A stretch of DNA of 248,000 nt, from the NCBI RefSeq assembly GCF_000400465.1, contig NW_008806285.1:20001-268000 (forward strand), in the 5' to 3' direction. Below the pieces are notes generated by a model. The model worked only from the letters and a program-made list of their open reading frames with translations. It was not told where the DNA came from and did no database searches. This DNA is from Wallemia ichthyophaga EXF-994. Its lineage: Eukaryota; Fungi; Basidiomycota. Position 1 is the first letter of the stretch; each line of letters opens with the position of its first letter. Position numbers and translations under genes: made by a program. Positions 182,330 through 198,202 of the stretch are shown here, one piece after another.

Positions 182330-183413
182330 ATTAGACCTATTTAGGACACTGCATAACAATCATCATGTATATACACCGCTGAAATTTCATTTCGTAAGCC
182401 ATATATTCTAAGAAGTAAATTTATTGAGGATTGGGTGTTACATTCCAAGGACCAGGATCCTAAAGGTTAGGTTAGACTGGATAGCGAGATGGATGTTGCA
182501 CTTACTGAAAATATGTTGTCTTCGCTCTTACCTCCAAAGTCTTTAGGTAAGTTCTCTGCTGGGATTTGCTTGAGCAATTCATCCTTGTAGGATTTGCCAA
182601 GAATCACAATCTTGGAGACGGTCACTGGGTCTAACCATCCCTTAACTACGCTCCAGACAGTAGTGAAGAGAAATGGAGCATTGATAATGTAGAATTTACC
182701 CATGGTTTCAGGGCTATTTTGCGGTTTGTGAGACCATTGCCAAATCTCTATGTCTTCACTCACTAGTAATTTTGGCCGATGTTGCTAGCTTGTGCGACAT
182801 AGTCTTTAACATCGTAGAAGCTCTTTATTCCGACGTTGTGCATGTCAAGGATAGTGCAAGAAGTTTCAATGTGCTTGCCTGATGCTTTAGAGCAAGCTGG
182901 GAATCTAGAGTCAAAGCACTTCTCGTACTCGTAAACGAGATGCTTGAGCATGCGCTCAGCTGTGGTAGCCTTATAAAGTTCTGGGACGTTGAGGTATCCG
183001 AGTCTTTCAATATAAACGGGTCTGCCATCCTGTGGAATGTTAAAATGTCACTTAAAAAGGAAATAACGAACTTTATCAGTTTTGTAGTAGAACTTTGGGT
183101 AGTACTTGTTGATAATTTCTAATTCTTTTTGATCAAATTCCGATCTGCTTAAATGTTAACGGGTGTGCAACATGACCAACTGTCACACCAACTCTTTGAT
183201 AGCGTCGACGTTGAACTCTTTTCTCCACTTCTCAGCAGCGTCAAGCATTTCTTCAGCCTTTGCAACATCGAATTTCCTAGCTCTAAGGAATCTAAGGAGA
183301 CATCTATCGTCATGTCTCTTTTCGTTGAAATATTCCTTCGACTTGATAGTCTCCCTGAATTGGTTTAATCCCTGCTTTTGCTCTGCGCTCAAGTCTTCCA
183401 AAGTACCCGACAT
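182330..183413 (-). CDS. SEC14: Sec14 PI/PC transfer protein
   Basis: [31 protein letters not shown]. Confidence 0.92.
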
Positions 183414-183489
183414 GATGGTTGATTGTAAATATCAGAACATCGCGCAGTAATATCGATATAAAGACAAAAATTTACAATTAACTAAACAA

Positions 183490-184886
<1,397 letters not shown>

Positions 184887-185081
184887 TCATGCTCGTCTTT
184901 TCGTCAAAGAAGAATCGCTCTTAGCTCCGTGCTGCGGGATGAAAATTTGATTTGACGGGCACGCGAAATACATCAGCGGTAGCCATCATCGCCCTCGGTT
185001 CCTCAATGAAACATTTTACCGATCGGCATTAAGACAACTTTAACCTCGTGGGATCAGCATAAATTATCACTATACGTAAAA

Positions 185082-188000
185082 TCATTTAAGAAATTTCCTA
185101 AAATCGTCCTGTGTCTTCGGGTTTTTTGCAGTTGTGCTAGACGCAGTCAATTTGGGGTCGGGATTGTTTCCGCGATCGCCAATTTTTGATCTTCGGGTGT
185201 TTCTAGGAACAAACTGTCCGCCAGAAACCGCAGCGTCGGATTTTTCCGCTACATTTTTATTTTCCGACAAGCTCAGTGGTTTTTTGTGACTAGCTTCGTC
185301 GGATAAACTAAGTTGCTGTCCATTAATTGATGGTGCCTGCATCAGCATGACTTTCGACATTTCCTGTCGATCAGTCTTTAGATGTTGATTGAAATGCATT
185401 TACGCTAGCGCACCTTATCATTCTCAAATTCCACTACAGCAGCACCTTCATTACCATTCTCATTGTACCAGACCTTCTTCACTGGTGCAAACACCTCAAA
185501 TGTTTGCTGTATGAAGGATTCTTTGGTTCCGTCTGGTATGCCATCTACCCTGATTGATCTGCCAAAGCGTGGTTTAGCTGGTGCATTTGCTTGTCTAGTT
185601 CGTGTGAATTGAAGACTGATTCTGATTCTAATAAGTGCTTACCTAGGCTTCCTGTTTGACATTGTTACGCTTATGTGTTTGCCTTTGACTTCAACGTTGT
185701 TCATTCGCAGCGCATTTTGAGCTGATGACTGGCAAGAATCAGCACAAACTTTTTCACACAAATAAAGACTTACAGAATCTTCAAATTCAATGTGAGCAAA
185801 ACCTTTGCAGCTTCCGTCATCCCTCAATCCTAACTTTGCTTGCTTAATTGCGCCAAACTGTTGTGATATCAGCTATTTTCCCACCTAAGACTACAACTCA
185901 CAGGTTCAAAAAGTTGACGCAAATCTGCCTCTGTTATCTTTTTGCCTAGCTCTCTAACAAATATCTCCTGCCCATTTACGAAATCATCTGAACGTGACTT
186001 ACGCTTGGATGGGTCTGAGATAGCAACGCTGAGAGAATGATTATCTTCCTGAACTTTTCCATTAAGTTCTAGTGAGGCTTGAGCTGATGCCTAATTGGAG
186101 TAAGTAAAGCATTTCAAATGTAATTACATACCGGGTCTAAGAAGGTGACATAAGCAAAGCGGCGTGTTGTCTTGATCGAACGGCTAGGCCATCTCGTATC
186201 GAAAATTGTGCCATACTATTAACGATTAGCATGAAGATTCATGTGTATTGACGATACTCACTGGTTCAAAAAGAGCCCTCAAGCTATCATCCTTAGTGCC
186301 TTCAGGAAAATTTGTCACATAGAGCGTGGAGGACCATCCCATAACAACTTTGATTTCGACTTCCTCGATGCGCTTCTTATCTTTCGTAAGAGCCGCAGGA
186401 ACATCATCCTGAAAAATCTTAGTACGGCATAACATAATGTTGATTACGTACCCGACTCAAAAACTCAACAGTTGCCGCTGATTGATCTTTAAGATCTTTG
186501 ACAGTGACTTCGCGCATATCACCACACTTTGAAATAAGAATTAAGAGGGATTCTTCCACTAGGCTTGGAATACTCACATCTTTGAATAGCAAATTGACAT
186601 CTGTGTTGTTGCATCCTAATGGAAGACCGCTGACTATTACAGTTGTGTTTTCGCGATCTCTGCTATCTCGTCAGTTATCATTGGGGTTGGACTTGGTTCT
186701 CACCTCTTCAACTTATCTACAGTTTGTTGAACCTTCTGCTTCTTCGCGCTCTCATTGTTATTGGATTCATCACCAGCTTTTCTCTTGTTGTTTGTGCTAC
186801 CTGAGAAATCAAGTGAAGGGTCTACAGCAGTCTCCTCAGTTGCTGGAGCAGCTACTGCTACTTGAGGTTGCTGTTGTGTGTAATTTTCGTAAGCTTGTGC
186901 TGCTTCCTGTATTTTGATTAGGTAACTCTTAAAAATACAAACCACTTACATTCAGACGACGATCAGCTAATAATTGGCTGGCTTTTGTGATGCTGATTTG
187001 TGCTTGCATTTGAGTATCGAGGCTTCCATATTGGTCCTCAAATTCTTTGTAAGCTTGATGAACGGCTTCAGGATAATCGATGAATTGTCGTGGTGTTGCT
187101 GTTTTGTAGACAGACCTGGCTTTGTCGTAATTTTCATTTCGCGTCTCGAAAGCAGCCCAATCTAACCAAACAGAATAACTACGCTTCTGTGTATTGTTCT
187201 TAGACATGCGTTCAAAAATTTGAGAAGCTGCACTGGTCGCGCTCTCCTCTTTAACACGTTCGTGCCATGATATTGCATACTTTTCTATTCTATTAAATGG
187301 ATCTCGACTTTTGACCCTGTCGAGACCATCTTCAAGGATTGCTGCCACTTCTGCATATGCAACAGCTACATCAACATTCTCCAACGTGTGCCTCAAGTAA
187401 GAAGCTCTCGCTGAAATCAGCGCTACTAAATCATCGACTCTTGATTCAATAAGACCTGTTGAGATTGCCCTTGCATATGTTTCTTCAGCCTTCTCTGCAG
187501 GGTGTTTGAATTGCTCGTGGGCTCTGATCAAAGAGCTCCAAAGTTCTCCTGACCAGGGACATACTTTAACGGAGCGCTCGATAACATTCATTACCTTATC
187601 AGGCCTCTCTTTGTTATTAATCATCCAGTTGACGTATGTCACCCAAATCTTAGCAACGCTGGTAGCAATAGAATCATCGGTAGAGCCAGAAGGACCTGAG
187701 CCATCTTCACCTAACAGACTGTTGAATGGGTAGCAATCTCTTACTGCTCTTTCAAATAAGCCAACAATGAGATTTCGATTAGCAAGCTTCGGTTTTCCAT
187801 TTGGTGATTGTGCAAAGTTAATGTATGCGAGATATGCTTCGACGGTATAGTTGGAGCCCTGACATGACATTTTAGCCAGCAAATTACCATTCAAAGCGTT
187901 ACTTACAAGAGCAATCTCGTATTGATCATAATCCTCATATAAAGTCTGACCCTTTTTATAGTCCTTATTAGCGGCAACCATATGAGATTCGTATTGAGAA

Positions 188001-188827
188001 TTGTCGTAAGCTGTTATAAAACTTGAATAGGAACTGAAAGTATCTGCATGATCTGGAGCAACGAATGAGTGCAATTCAATTGTATGACAATAGCTTACTA
188101 GCATGGGGTATCTTGAGCCTAGCCAAGTAGAATTGTTGCATTCTTTGTATCGCTTCAGGTCTATCCTCACGTTAATGATCATCAAACGCAATGGAACGAG
188201 CTCACTTAGGTGATTTCTAATGGAATAAGCTAGGAGTTGAATGATAAAAAGCCTTACCTCAATTAAAGATTGCTCCCAATCTCTCCATTTGTCCCATATT
188301 TCGCAGCTCTGAACACGATAAGCATATGTAACCTACTAGAAAGAAAACGTACACCGGTGAGATCCCATTCTATGCCTTCATAAGCTGTACCAAATGCTTG
188401 TCTAATGCTCTGTTCGCTAAAGACTTGCTCTGTTTTTCCTTGAGCTGAACCGTGTATTAGGTTATCGATGTAAAATAACGCAATCTTTACGGAAGAAGGA
188501 ACATCTTGAATGGCAGAGATGAAGGCATTGTGTTTATCGTTATGTGCATCAATAGGGATACTTTTGATATTATCAAGGTGGAAAACTGCATCAAGTCAGA
188601 GGAATATATATAGAGAGGGGATAGAAACCTTCACCGACAACCCAAGTCTGCCTCCAATGAGCCCAAGTCTGATGGAATTGATCTGCCATACCAAGTTGGC
188701 GTGTAGCATTCGTTGCTCTAACAAAGGCGTGGAAAGAGAGATAAGGATATTCAAGTGATCCTAAAGCCATTTCTAACGATTGTAGGGAATTGAATTGGGT
188801 GATTTCATCTGGAATATCATCTTTCAT
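185082..188827 (-). CDS. PRP24: Prp24/SART3 (HAT plus RRM) U4/U6 recycling factor
   Basis: HAT repeats, RRMs, terminal KTQDDFRKFL. Confidence 0.85.
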
Positions 188828-189067
188828 TTCAACGTTGACTGTAAACGACGAAGATGGTTGAAGAAAGTGGGTAAATGTAATATCGATTTGGTTTAAATTT
188901 AATTCAATTTAAAGATTCATCAGATAAGCCTCAGAGCCTTAATCTTCCAAAGCCAGATCACATCGTGTGCGTTGTCTTGTGTTTAATTGCATGTAATTCT
189001 CACTCGCATCGAATACAGCGAAGAACACGCAAGGCTACAATCCGGCAGCAGATCTCCTCACAGTCTA

Positions 189068-190648
189068 ATGGCTGATCAATTTGAGAAAATGGAATTTGGT
189101 GCGCCCGAAGGACTCAAGTGAGTGACAGAGAAACCAATTTGCTGTTCTAACAGGACAAGACCAACAAATCAAATGCAATCATCCACTCCTTCGACCACTC
189201 CAAGTCTTTCTCACTCTCAACTATCCCCAGAACCTTCCAATAATGTCGATAATGATTCTGCTCAAGTTATAACTCCTTGGGATGTTCAGGGCGCTGTCGT
189301 TGACGGTAAAACGGTAGCTGTCGACTATGACAAGCTTATTCTCCAGTTTGGTACAAAGCCTGTCGATAAAAGTCTATTGGAAAGATTTGAAAGGCTGACA
189401 CAGCGTAAAGCTCACGTCTATCTCAGAAGAGGCATGTTCTTCTCTCATAGGTGTGTCATAACCTGGACTATGATCGATTCGTTAATCCCTTTCAAGAGAG
189501 CTTGATCGTATTCTTGATAGATATGAACAAGGAAAGCCTTTCTACTTATATACAGGTAGAGGTCCAAGTAGCGACAGCATGCACTTGGGTCATATGATTC
189601 CTTTCATGTTTACAAAGTGGTTACAAGATGTCTTTAATTGCCCATTGGTCATCCAGTTGACCGGTAAGTGACGTAAGATCGAAGCAATCTATAATTCAAT
189701 TTTATCAGATGACGAAAAGTTTCTTTTCAAAAGCAATCTCAAGATTGAGCAGACACAAAAGTTTGCCAGCGAAAACGCCAAGGACATTGTGGCGCTTGGA
189801 TTCAACCCAGACAAAACACTCATCTTCTCTGACTTTGATTTCGTCGGGTGAGTCTACGATTTCTCAATTATTTGCTTCTAATTATAATCAGAGGTCCATT
189901 CTATCACAACGTCGTTAGAATATCAAAGTTGATCACCTACAATCAAGCCAAAGCAGCATTCGGCTTTAATGAATCTGACTCAATTGGAAAGATACACTTT
190001 TGTTCAATTCAAGCTGCGCCATCATTTAGCAATAGTTTCCCAAACATATTTGGCTCCAAACACGATATACCGTGTTTGATTCCTTGCGCAATCGATCAGG
190101 ATCCTTACTTTAGAATAACGCGCGATGTTGCAGCCAAATTAAAATATCCAAAACCTGCTTTGTTACATAGCAAGTTTTTCCCCGCATTACAAGGATCTCA
190201 AACAAAGATGAGCGCTTCTGATACTAATTCTTCTATATACATGACGGACAAACCGAACGAAATCAAAAACAAAATGAATAAGCACGCATTCTCTGGAGGT
190301 CAAGCATTGGCCGAAGATCACAGAAAGTACGGCGGTAACCCTGATGTTGACGTTTCGTATCAGTATCTTGGATTCCTGATGGATGATGATGATGAATACA
190401 AGAAAATTGCTGAAGTAAGTATTGAAAGTGATCGTGTTTATTCTACTCACCTCGTAATTAGGAATATCGTGCCGGTAACATACTCTCAGGTGAAATGAAG
190501 AAACTTTGCATCGGAGAATTGCAAAAGTTTGTTGCAAATTTCCAAGAAGCCAAGTCCAAAGTTACTAATGAAATGTTGCAATCCTTTATGGATCCTCAAA
190601 AGATCATCAATGGCTTTGATGGTGGGTGTCCTCTCAGATGCTGATGAA
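189068..190648 (+). CDS. WRS1: Tryptophanyl-tRNA synthetase
   Basis: [27 protein letters not shown]. Confidence 0.95.
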
Positions 190649-190760
190649 ACTTTTCTTACTTGAAGAACTAGTCTTAAACACGCAAACCAAATAATAAGGT
190701 TGAAAGCATAACAATATTATAACTGTGTTACGTATTCGTATAAAGGTATATATTTACTAA

Positions 190761-193590
190761 TTACAATTGTTTCTTGCCTTCAACGTTTTGGTGACTTGAA
190801 GGATTAAAGTTGTTAGATTCACCGTTTGTGTTAAAGTTTAACAACTCTGAAGGCTCGCTTTCATTGTCAGATGTTGAGGCCTCGCTGTCAACTTCTGATT
190901 TGTTAAAGTCGTTAATTGGATTGAGTCGTTCAATGTTGCCCTGAGCCGTCGCATCAACCTGCTTAGACTCAAAATCGGAGTTTGTAGCGACACTAGCTGC
191001 ATCGAGTTGCTCGACGCTTTTTGTGTTCATTCTATTCATTTTCAAAGTGTCGCGTACCATATGTCTACCTTTCAAGATCTCCCGTTCTATCTTAAAGCGG
191101 TTTTCGACAATATGTAGTTTCGGCCACGTTGCCAACTGCCCCATTTTCATCATGCGTCTGTTGAAAGTGAGCAACGTTATTTAGTAATTGCAACAACTCA
191201 CTTTAGTTCAGGCCTATCAGGATCCGACAATATATGGATCCAATCTAAAAACCTTGTCCGTGGCCAAATAGTTATGCTACCTTCAAACTGAGAGCTATAA
191301 GTTAGAGTTTTGAAATTCAGTAAACAAACAAACCTTTTGAAGAAATACAGATGAAAAATCCGTTGCTAATATCTCTGGCATTAATTCCAAGTCTCTAATA
191401 ACCTATTATTCGTAAGATTTTTGTTCTGTGGAATACCTCATCAACAACTAACTTTTAAATTTTTGCTTAATTCCAGTTTGAGGTAGGATTCAGCTGCCTA
191501 GTGAATTGTGAGATTGATTGAAATACGCGGTAAATGCCCTTACAGCTAAAAAGAATCCACCACGCCATCCTTGACCTCTACGGTGAGCAACAGGTTTACC
191601 AGCAGATCCTAAAAGATATTAGTCAATTGAAATGATGCGAAACACATTTAACACCTCTTGGAGCGTAGAAAAACAAGTGAACATGAGGGTTTACTTGGGA
191701 CACAATAGCGTGGTTGACTAAAGAGTATTAGAAATGCGAGTAGCGGAATAGTTATACTAAAGTACCATTATAAACTAACAGCTCAAATTAGAGAAAATAA
191801 AACCAATTGAAAGCTGAACTTACGAAGGTTTAACGACTGTAATGGTATATCAACTCTAATAGAACCATCCTTAAATCTAGCACCAAGACTAAAAGGCTCA
191901 ATTGATCCATCTTTACATTTGCGCATCAGGACAACTGGTGGAAGGATCTAGAGTTTGTCAAATTTTGCATCTACGCGCAAAGATAGACATACACCTGGAA
192001 CTGCTGCAGATCTATTCAAATAAATAAGTGAAAAGACTGAACAATAAGTAAAAAAGACTGAAAACGAACTTACGCGATAATGGCTGACCAAATTACGCAG
192101 TCGGGCGCTGTTAGATGATTTAAAATCTTTGTGGGACTGTGTCTATCAGATGGGGTAACAGATATATTCAAAGATCTCCCTGTTCGCTCGTAGGCGTCTT
192201 GAAATGTCATTGTACCTCTAGTGAAAAACATGGACTGTTTTTAAATTAGTCAAATCAAAAGATATGGGATCATCTAACCAACCTTCTCCGCCCAAGCTAT
192301 TGTGTCAAAACGAGCACCCGTGCGCCACCATCTCGGGAACCAAACAGAGAAGGAATCTTCGCAAGCTTTAATCTTATCTGCTAGTTCTGGTCTGGTATAT
192401 GGTCAGAACAGGACGCGCTGTGAACATGAACATGCTTTAATAATCGAGAAAGTTCCTTATCAGTGCGTGTTGCACAAAACGCTGCCACTAATCCACCTGC
192501 AGATGTACCAGTTATCACTCTAGGTAACAAGCCAGCTTCCAGAAATGCCTTAAGAACACCAAAGTGATAGCTTTTCAGACATGTAAGCAGAATTAAAGTT
192601 TGATCGTGCAGCTTACTATCCAAAGGAACCTCCTCCAGACAGACAAAGTGCTGACTGACCAAAATTGCGGTTAAAGGATTTAAAAAGGATACGCTTCTGT
192701 TCGATAGAGACAGAGGGATGATCGCGAAGAGTAGAAAGGGACCTGCTGACTAGAAGACCTAAGCTTTTGTTGTAAAGAGAGTTGATAGCTCACCCTCATT
192801 GATGTAGTCTTCAATCAGGACTTTGCTGCCGTAGAATGTCTAAAATGGCATGAGTTTTTTTTTTATAGAGCTAAAAAGTAAAATCACACACTTCACTATA
192901 AAGACGCGAGCTCTCAGTACCAGCAAAGTTGTTTTTGATGCAAATTTCAAGAACACCTATCAGGCCCTGAATGTCATCATTTTGACGCTTGTCTTTTAAG
193001 GAGGACAAGACCTAGAAATATAAGTAGAGGATAGTAGGAATGAAGAAGCTTACTTTCTGAACGAGTAAGGAATCATAGTAAATGCCGCTGTGATTATCGC
193101 TTTTCCATTTCTCGAGATCCAGATAGTGATCCATTTCAACGGCAGCTTTCTTCCAATCATGGAAATTGGTAGCATTTCTCATCTTTTGCCTTATAACAGC
193201 AGACTTGCCACGATCTGGAGGAGCTAATGAGTAGGTAAACAGGGGAATGAGGAATAACTGACGTTGAATAGCCCATTCCCAGAGATTTACGATTTGACGA
193301 ACAGAGACGTAGAATATGAATTCGATAGTGATAGTGAAGAAAAGGATGATGAGGAGGGGATATCTGATTGTAGTGTATCCCCAGCTAAAGCCAGAAGAAA
193401 CTTTGGGTTTACGTCTCCTGAGTTAGAGAGAGAGGATGAGAAAGAAGGAAGGGAAGGGGAAGAGACGTACCTCTTGACACGTTCATGTACAGGTGCAAAG
193501 TCGCTTAAAGCGGAAATGCGAGTGTCCTCATCGATGGAGTCAATTTGACTAAGGGCGAGTCTAAATGCTTGAATATGACTTTGAATGAGT
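190761..193590 (-). CDS. Patatin-like triacylglycerol lipase (Tgl3/4/5 family), highly intron-fragmented
   Basis: GTSAGG, ASAAVPG, WQDGS; ends approximate. Confidence 0.8.
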
Positions 193591-193723
193591 TAGAATATGT
193601 ATAAATATATGATATTCTTATACCTTTGATCAATATAATCATTATTGAGCTCATCATCAAGCTTATCAATCGATTTTAGTGATGGCATCGAGTTTTAAAC
193701 AGATAAATTATCAATAAAATATT

Positions 193724-194372
193724 TTAGAAAGCTATTTTAGTATCCAAATCTTTGACTTCGCTTTCAACTTCCTCGTAGATCACTTTCCATTCTTCAAGCT
193801 TTTCCTTTGAATCTTCTTCACCTTTCTTTGATTTCGCTGACTTTGGTACGACCATCATACAGCTCGTTGGTCTCTTTGTACCAGAAGCTTCACCTAATTC
193901 TTCTTTGCTTGCGACGAATACGTATGGAATGGCAGATTCCTCACAAAGTACGGGGATGTGTGTTAGAATATCAATTGGTGATATGTTAGCAGCCATGATG
194001 ACCACGCTTTGATATGCTTAATGTCTTGTAACTCATGAACAACATAACTCACCCCTTCTCACCCTTCTTTACACCTTTAACAACTTCCTTCACACCACGA
194101 CGAAGATTACGAGTTTTTGCACCTTTTTTTTATTAAATTTTGTGTAACGCTGCTTAAATGATAATCAAACCTTTCTTTACACACTTGTGCACTTTCTTTG
194201 CCAATTTTTTACCTGCTAGTGGATGTGCTATCGGCGATAAACTTTCCATTGGAATTTCATCTTCCTCAGTCTTTGATTTTTTAGATTCCTTCTTAGGGCT
194301 GTCCACTGTAGCAGCTTCAGCATCATCCGCAGTAACCGATTTCCTCTTCTTCTTGGTCTCGTCTTTAGCCAT
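193724..194372 (-). CDS. NHP2: H/ACA snoRNP protein Nhp2
   Basis: SPIAHPLA, ISPIDILTHIPVLCEE. Confidence 0.93.
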
Positions 194373-194959
194373 TTGTGATTGTTTGAGTGGAAGGAGTGTA
194401 AGCTTAATTCAGCGAAACCCTAAGATGGGTTCCCGGGCGGGTGAAATTTAAAATTGACGGAGGAAAATAAGCTGAACGAGCTCATATTTTACGGTGGGTG
194501 AGGTGAAAATTTTCGGCTAAGCGACCATATGCTAGTAATTCTGGACGAAACGAGAAAATTTTTATCAAAAAGGAAAACTAGTGTGAAAGCAAAATATAGA
194601 ACGAATATAGAATGATTACAAAGTTTAAAAAATAAAGAGATTTACACTTGGTTACGCATGTGTTCGACTTCTGGGAAGAAATGAGGCCATCGGGGAGAAA
194701 CAGGTCGGATAACAAAAAGGCGCAGCCACAATCACTTAGTTGATAAATATGACTTATGCAGGAGAGCCATTTCCTTGTCTAACCTCACTATAACATCTTG
194801 CAAATGGCTTCAAACGTTCAATGAAGGGAGAAGATTATCACCAGGGAATTGGATTAATTATTTCGAATTACTATATAAATTATTTATTATTTATAATCAT
194901 ATTCATATTCATGTTTATCTTCTGTTACTTAATCATTCACTCTCATCACCCTCCCAGAA

Positions 194960-196181
194960 ATGCTCGACAAGTCTTTAAAATCTATCCTTGTTTGTAATTA
195001 TTTTATCATAATTACCCTTCTCATTCCTATCTCAGCCTTTATTGGATAGCGGCGATCACTACGGCGCTCATCAACGTACTAGAACTGCCGCTGCCAGGTT
195101 ATCCAGGAATGGCATTCAAGGTCAATATACTGCTATCGAATTGCTTTTCATCGTTTCAAAGTCTTTACTCGAAAAGTCTCAATGGGCTTCCGGCGTAGAC
195201 GTTTCTATCATGATGATTGATGCTATGGCTAAATTAGAGGCTCCTTGGGAGCCTACTCACAAAGCTCACGTTACTCAATTGATTGGATTATGTACCTCTC
195301 AATCTACTTGGAGGAAAAAGCTTATCGACGCTGCCATATCGTCTGTCTTACCTCTTTTTTGTCTTCTTTCGCTTATGTCACTTTAGTTCCAGCGCGAAAT
195401 CTTTCAATATACCCTCCGGTCATCCTGATATTCTTCAATACATAGGTAATCTCTACTACAAAGGTATTTTACATTTTCTTTCTCTTGATTTTTCTTATCT
195501 TCATTCCGTCCAGAATCTTCATTTAACGTGGCAGAACATTACTTGATGCTTGCTTCAAAAAAGGAATCTGCTACAATCCTTGCTAAAATGTACATGCAGT
195601 GGGCACTTTCCAACAATCAATATCATGACGATGTCGGCCGTTTTGCTTTGAGAGGTGTTCTTGGGTAAGTCATGCGTCTGAAAAAGCATGGATTACATTT
195701 CTAACTATCTTAATAGTTTCATATTAGCTGAACAAGTCGAATGTGCCATTACTTTTACTCTTAACTTTTTAATAGAGTTACAATTATCTCATCCTAACAC
195801 TATCCTTGAATCTCAACCTCTTGATGGCATAACTTTAACACAATCACATACCCTAAACTTCGCCCAACTAATCATTGCATGCATTCAAAGGAGCGGTACA
195901 TCAAATATTGCACAGGAGTGGAAGTCATTGGTAGATTATTATCGAAACTCTAGTTCCATTGTAAACACTCAACCTGTTACTCAAGTAGGTATTACTAGCG
196001 TTATATTTCAAGCTAATTAGTATAGGCTTGTGCAAAGATTGGTTCTCTCTACTTTGACATCAAACCAATGCAGTCCAGTGGTAACATGATGGATATCATG
196101 TCTTCTTTGCTCGGTGGTGCCCCTGCTCAATCAATTTCCAAACGTAAGTTGGCAAATACGTCAGTTGGTGAATTAGATTAG
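194960..196181 (+). CDS. GET4: GET pathway factor Get4
   Basis: GDHYGAHQ, GHPDILQYIG, GRFALRGVL. Confidence 0.8.
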
Positions 196182-196317
196182 ACTTGACTATTTTGTTTAA
196201 TTATACATACCGCATCCGCATCGAGGTTCAGTGAGATAGTGCTTTTGACTGTGACATTAAATGTTACTCATTGATTGGGGTTTCAGGCTTTTGAGAACCA
196301 CGCTTATTCAAAAAACT

Positions 196318-198202
196318 GTCCAAAATTACAATCAGAATGGATGCGTAAAAAAATTGATTAGCAAACTCAGCAAATTATTGAGGCTCGAATATATCTTGAC
196401 AGTGATTTATCTATAGTTGATGAATTGTATGTTACACAAAACATGGGCAAGAGTTAAAAATATATCATTAGACGCATTAACGCTTTTAAAGCACGGTGAA
196501 AGACATTTAACTTGCTGTTAGATTCTTGACACGCTAACTCTAGCCACATCACCTACCATACGTCCTTAATATCGCTCTTCTAGGATTTAAACCGCCGAAT
196601 GAAATCCATGACTATTCATATTTATTCTGATCACGCCTTTGTTCAGAATAAATATAAAATTTACATATTATTGGTCTTCGCTGATTACACTTCTTTCTAT
196701 TTGATTGTTCGCTCGTTGAACAAACCATTCATTCCACAACCCAGCAGTCTAAACCAACATAATGGAAGAAGGTTGTAAAGAATTCTAACCGAGTAATATT
196801 CATAGAGAAAACGAAATACTTTTGTTAGGAACAACGGCTGAGAAAAGAATGATAAACAATACAGATATACACTTTGTGGAAAAATTTCGAAAGGCTGAAG
196901 GCTGATGGAAAGAAAAGTGACTAAATTATTGTTCGTAAATGACGGAACTAATCGAGCCTAAGTGAGGGTCTACCTCAAGAATGAAGGACCTTGCACGCCC
197001 ACGGTTGAGGCATTTGGCATATCTGGCGGAGGTACACTTCCCAAGATGGGGTGGTCTTGCGCCAGTGCTCGAGGATCTCAAGCGAAACTGGCCAGGTGTT
197101 TCACCGGCTGACAGGACTAAGGGAAATCACCGCGTGCATGAACGAGGTACATGCTTTGCTTTCTTCTCCTCTTCCTCGCAGCTTATTAAACTTCTTACTT
197201 GTCTTGCGGGGTCTAAGCTTGCTTCAATGCTATCTTCTCTTCATTCTAGAAAAGGATGGGGGTCGTATTCTAGATGTCGTCGACCTCGCACTGCCCATCG
197301 TAATAGGGTGCGATTAGGGGCAAATAAAATTATTGAATGAAGAGCAATTGAAACAAGACTTCATAAAATTCAGGAGTCATTTTGCGATATTTAGGATGGA
197401 AATTTCACCTCCCGCTGAATCTACTAATCATGATGCCATAATTCGAACACTAGGATATGTTAAGGGAATATGTATCTATACTAATCACTATGCGTACTGC
197501 TTCCGGCTAACCTTATCTAGTATATAATGTTTCCTAAGCTAAGCGCTTTGGCTTGGCTGATGCTTGTTCATGATCGTAAAGTGGTAGTGGTGCCAAACTA
197601 TAGAAAAGAGCCATGATTGTATGTCTTTCAAGTTTATTTGCAAGGATCACATTGACTGATCAATTCCCAGAACGTCGCTGGTGTATGATAACCACTGAGT
197701 TGATGCCGGCAGAAGGGAGTAAGTTTCATCAGAGTTTAACAAGTGCGTAAAAAAGTTTTGCAATCATAACAAAATCACATTTATTAATATCTCATAACAG
197801 TTTCACTGCGTTCGAGCCCCACAATAACTTCATCTTTTCTCCCTGAAAAGCTTCCTCATTGCGATTAGCAGGATGACGATAGGATAAATAGGAAAACAAG
197901 ATATATACTCGCTATAGGTAGCTGTAGAAGCAAGTAGAATTGCTACTTAGAGCTCAATTCATTAAGAAGAATTATTGACCGCTTTGGCGGCAAGAGCCCT
198001 ACGTCTATTAAAATCCAGAAAAATTAAAAAATTAACTAGCTAGCTAACCCAAGGTAGTCGCAATAGTCATTATCACTGTAATATTTAGAGCTTTGCAGAA
198101 AGAGGCATGTTTTCTCATTTTGCCAAGCCGACCACTAGACTAACCCTTATAGTTGACATCTGACCCTAACTTTTTCAAGGGCTGCTTAATATGAGTTTTT
198201 AA
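196318..198202 (+). repeat. Left arm of 1,885-bp inverted repeat
   Basis: Reverse complement of 200433-202317 wherever checked; mirrored ORFs 196981-197340(+) and 201295-201654(-) are identical. Confidence 0.97.

Noticed and set aside
197800-197825. GTTCGAGCCCC T-loop-like motif in the IR arm (possible centromeric tRNA)
   Set aside because: The T-stem does not pair (ctgcg vs cccac) and there is no cloverleaf.
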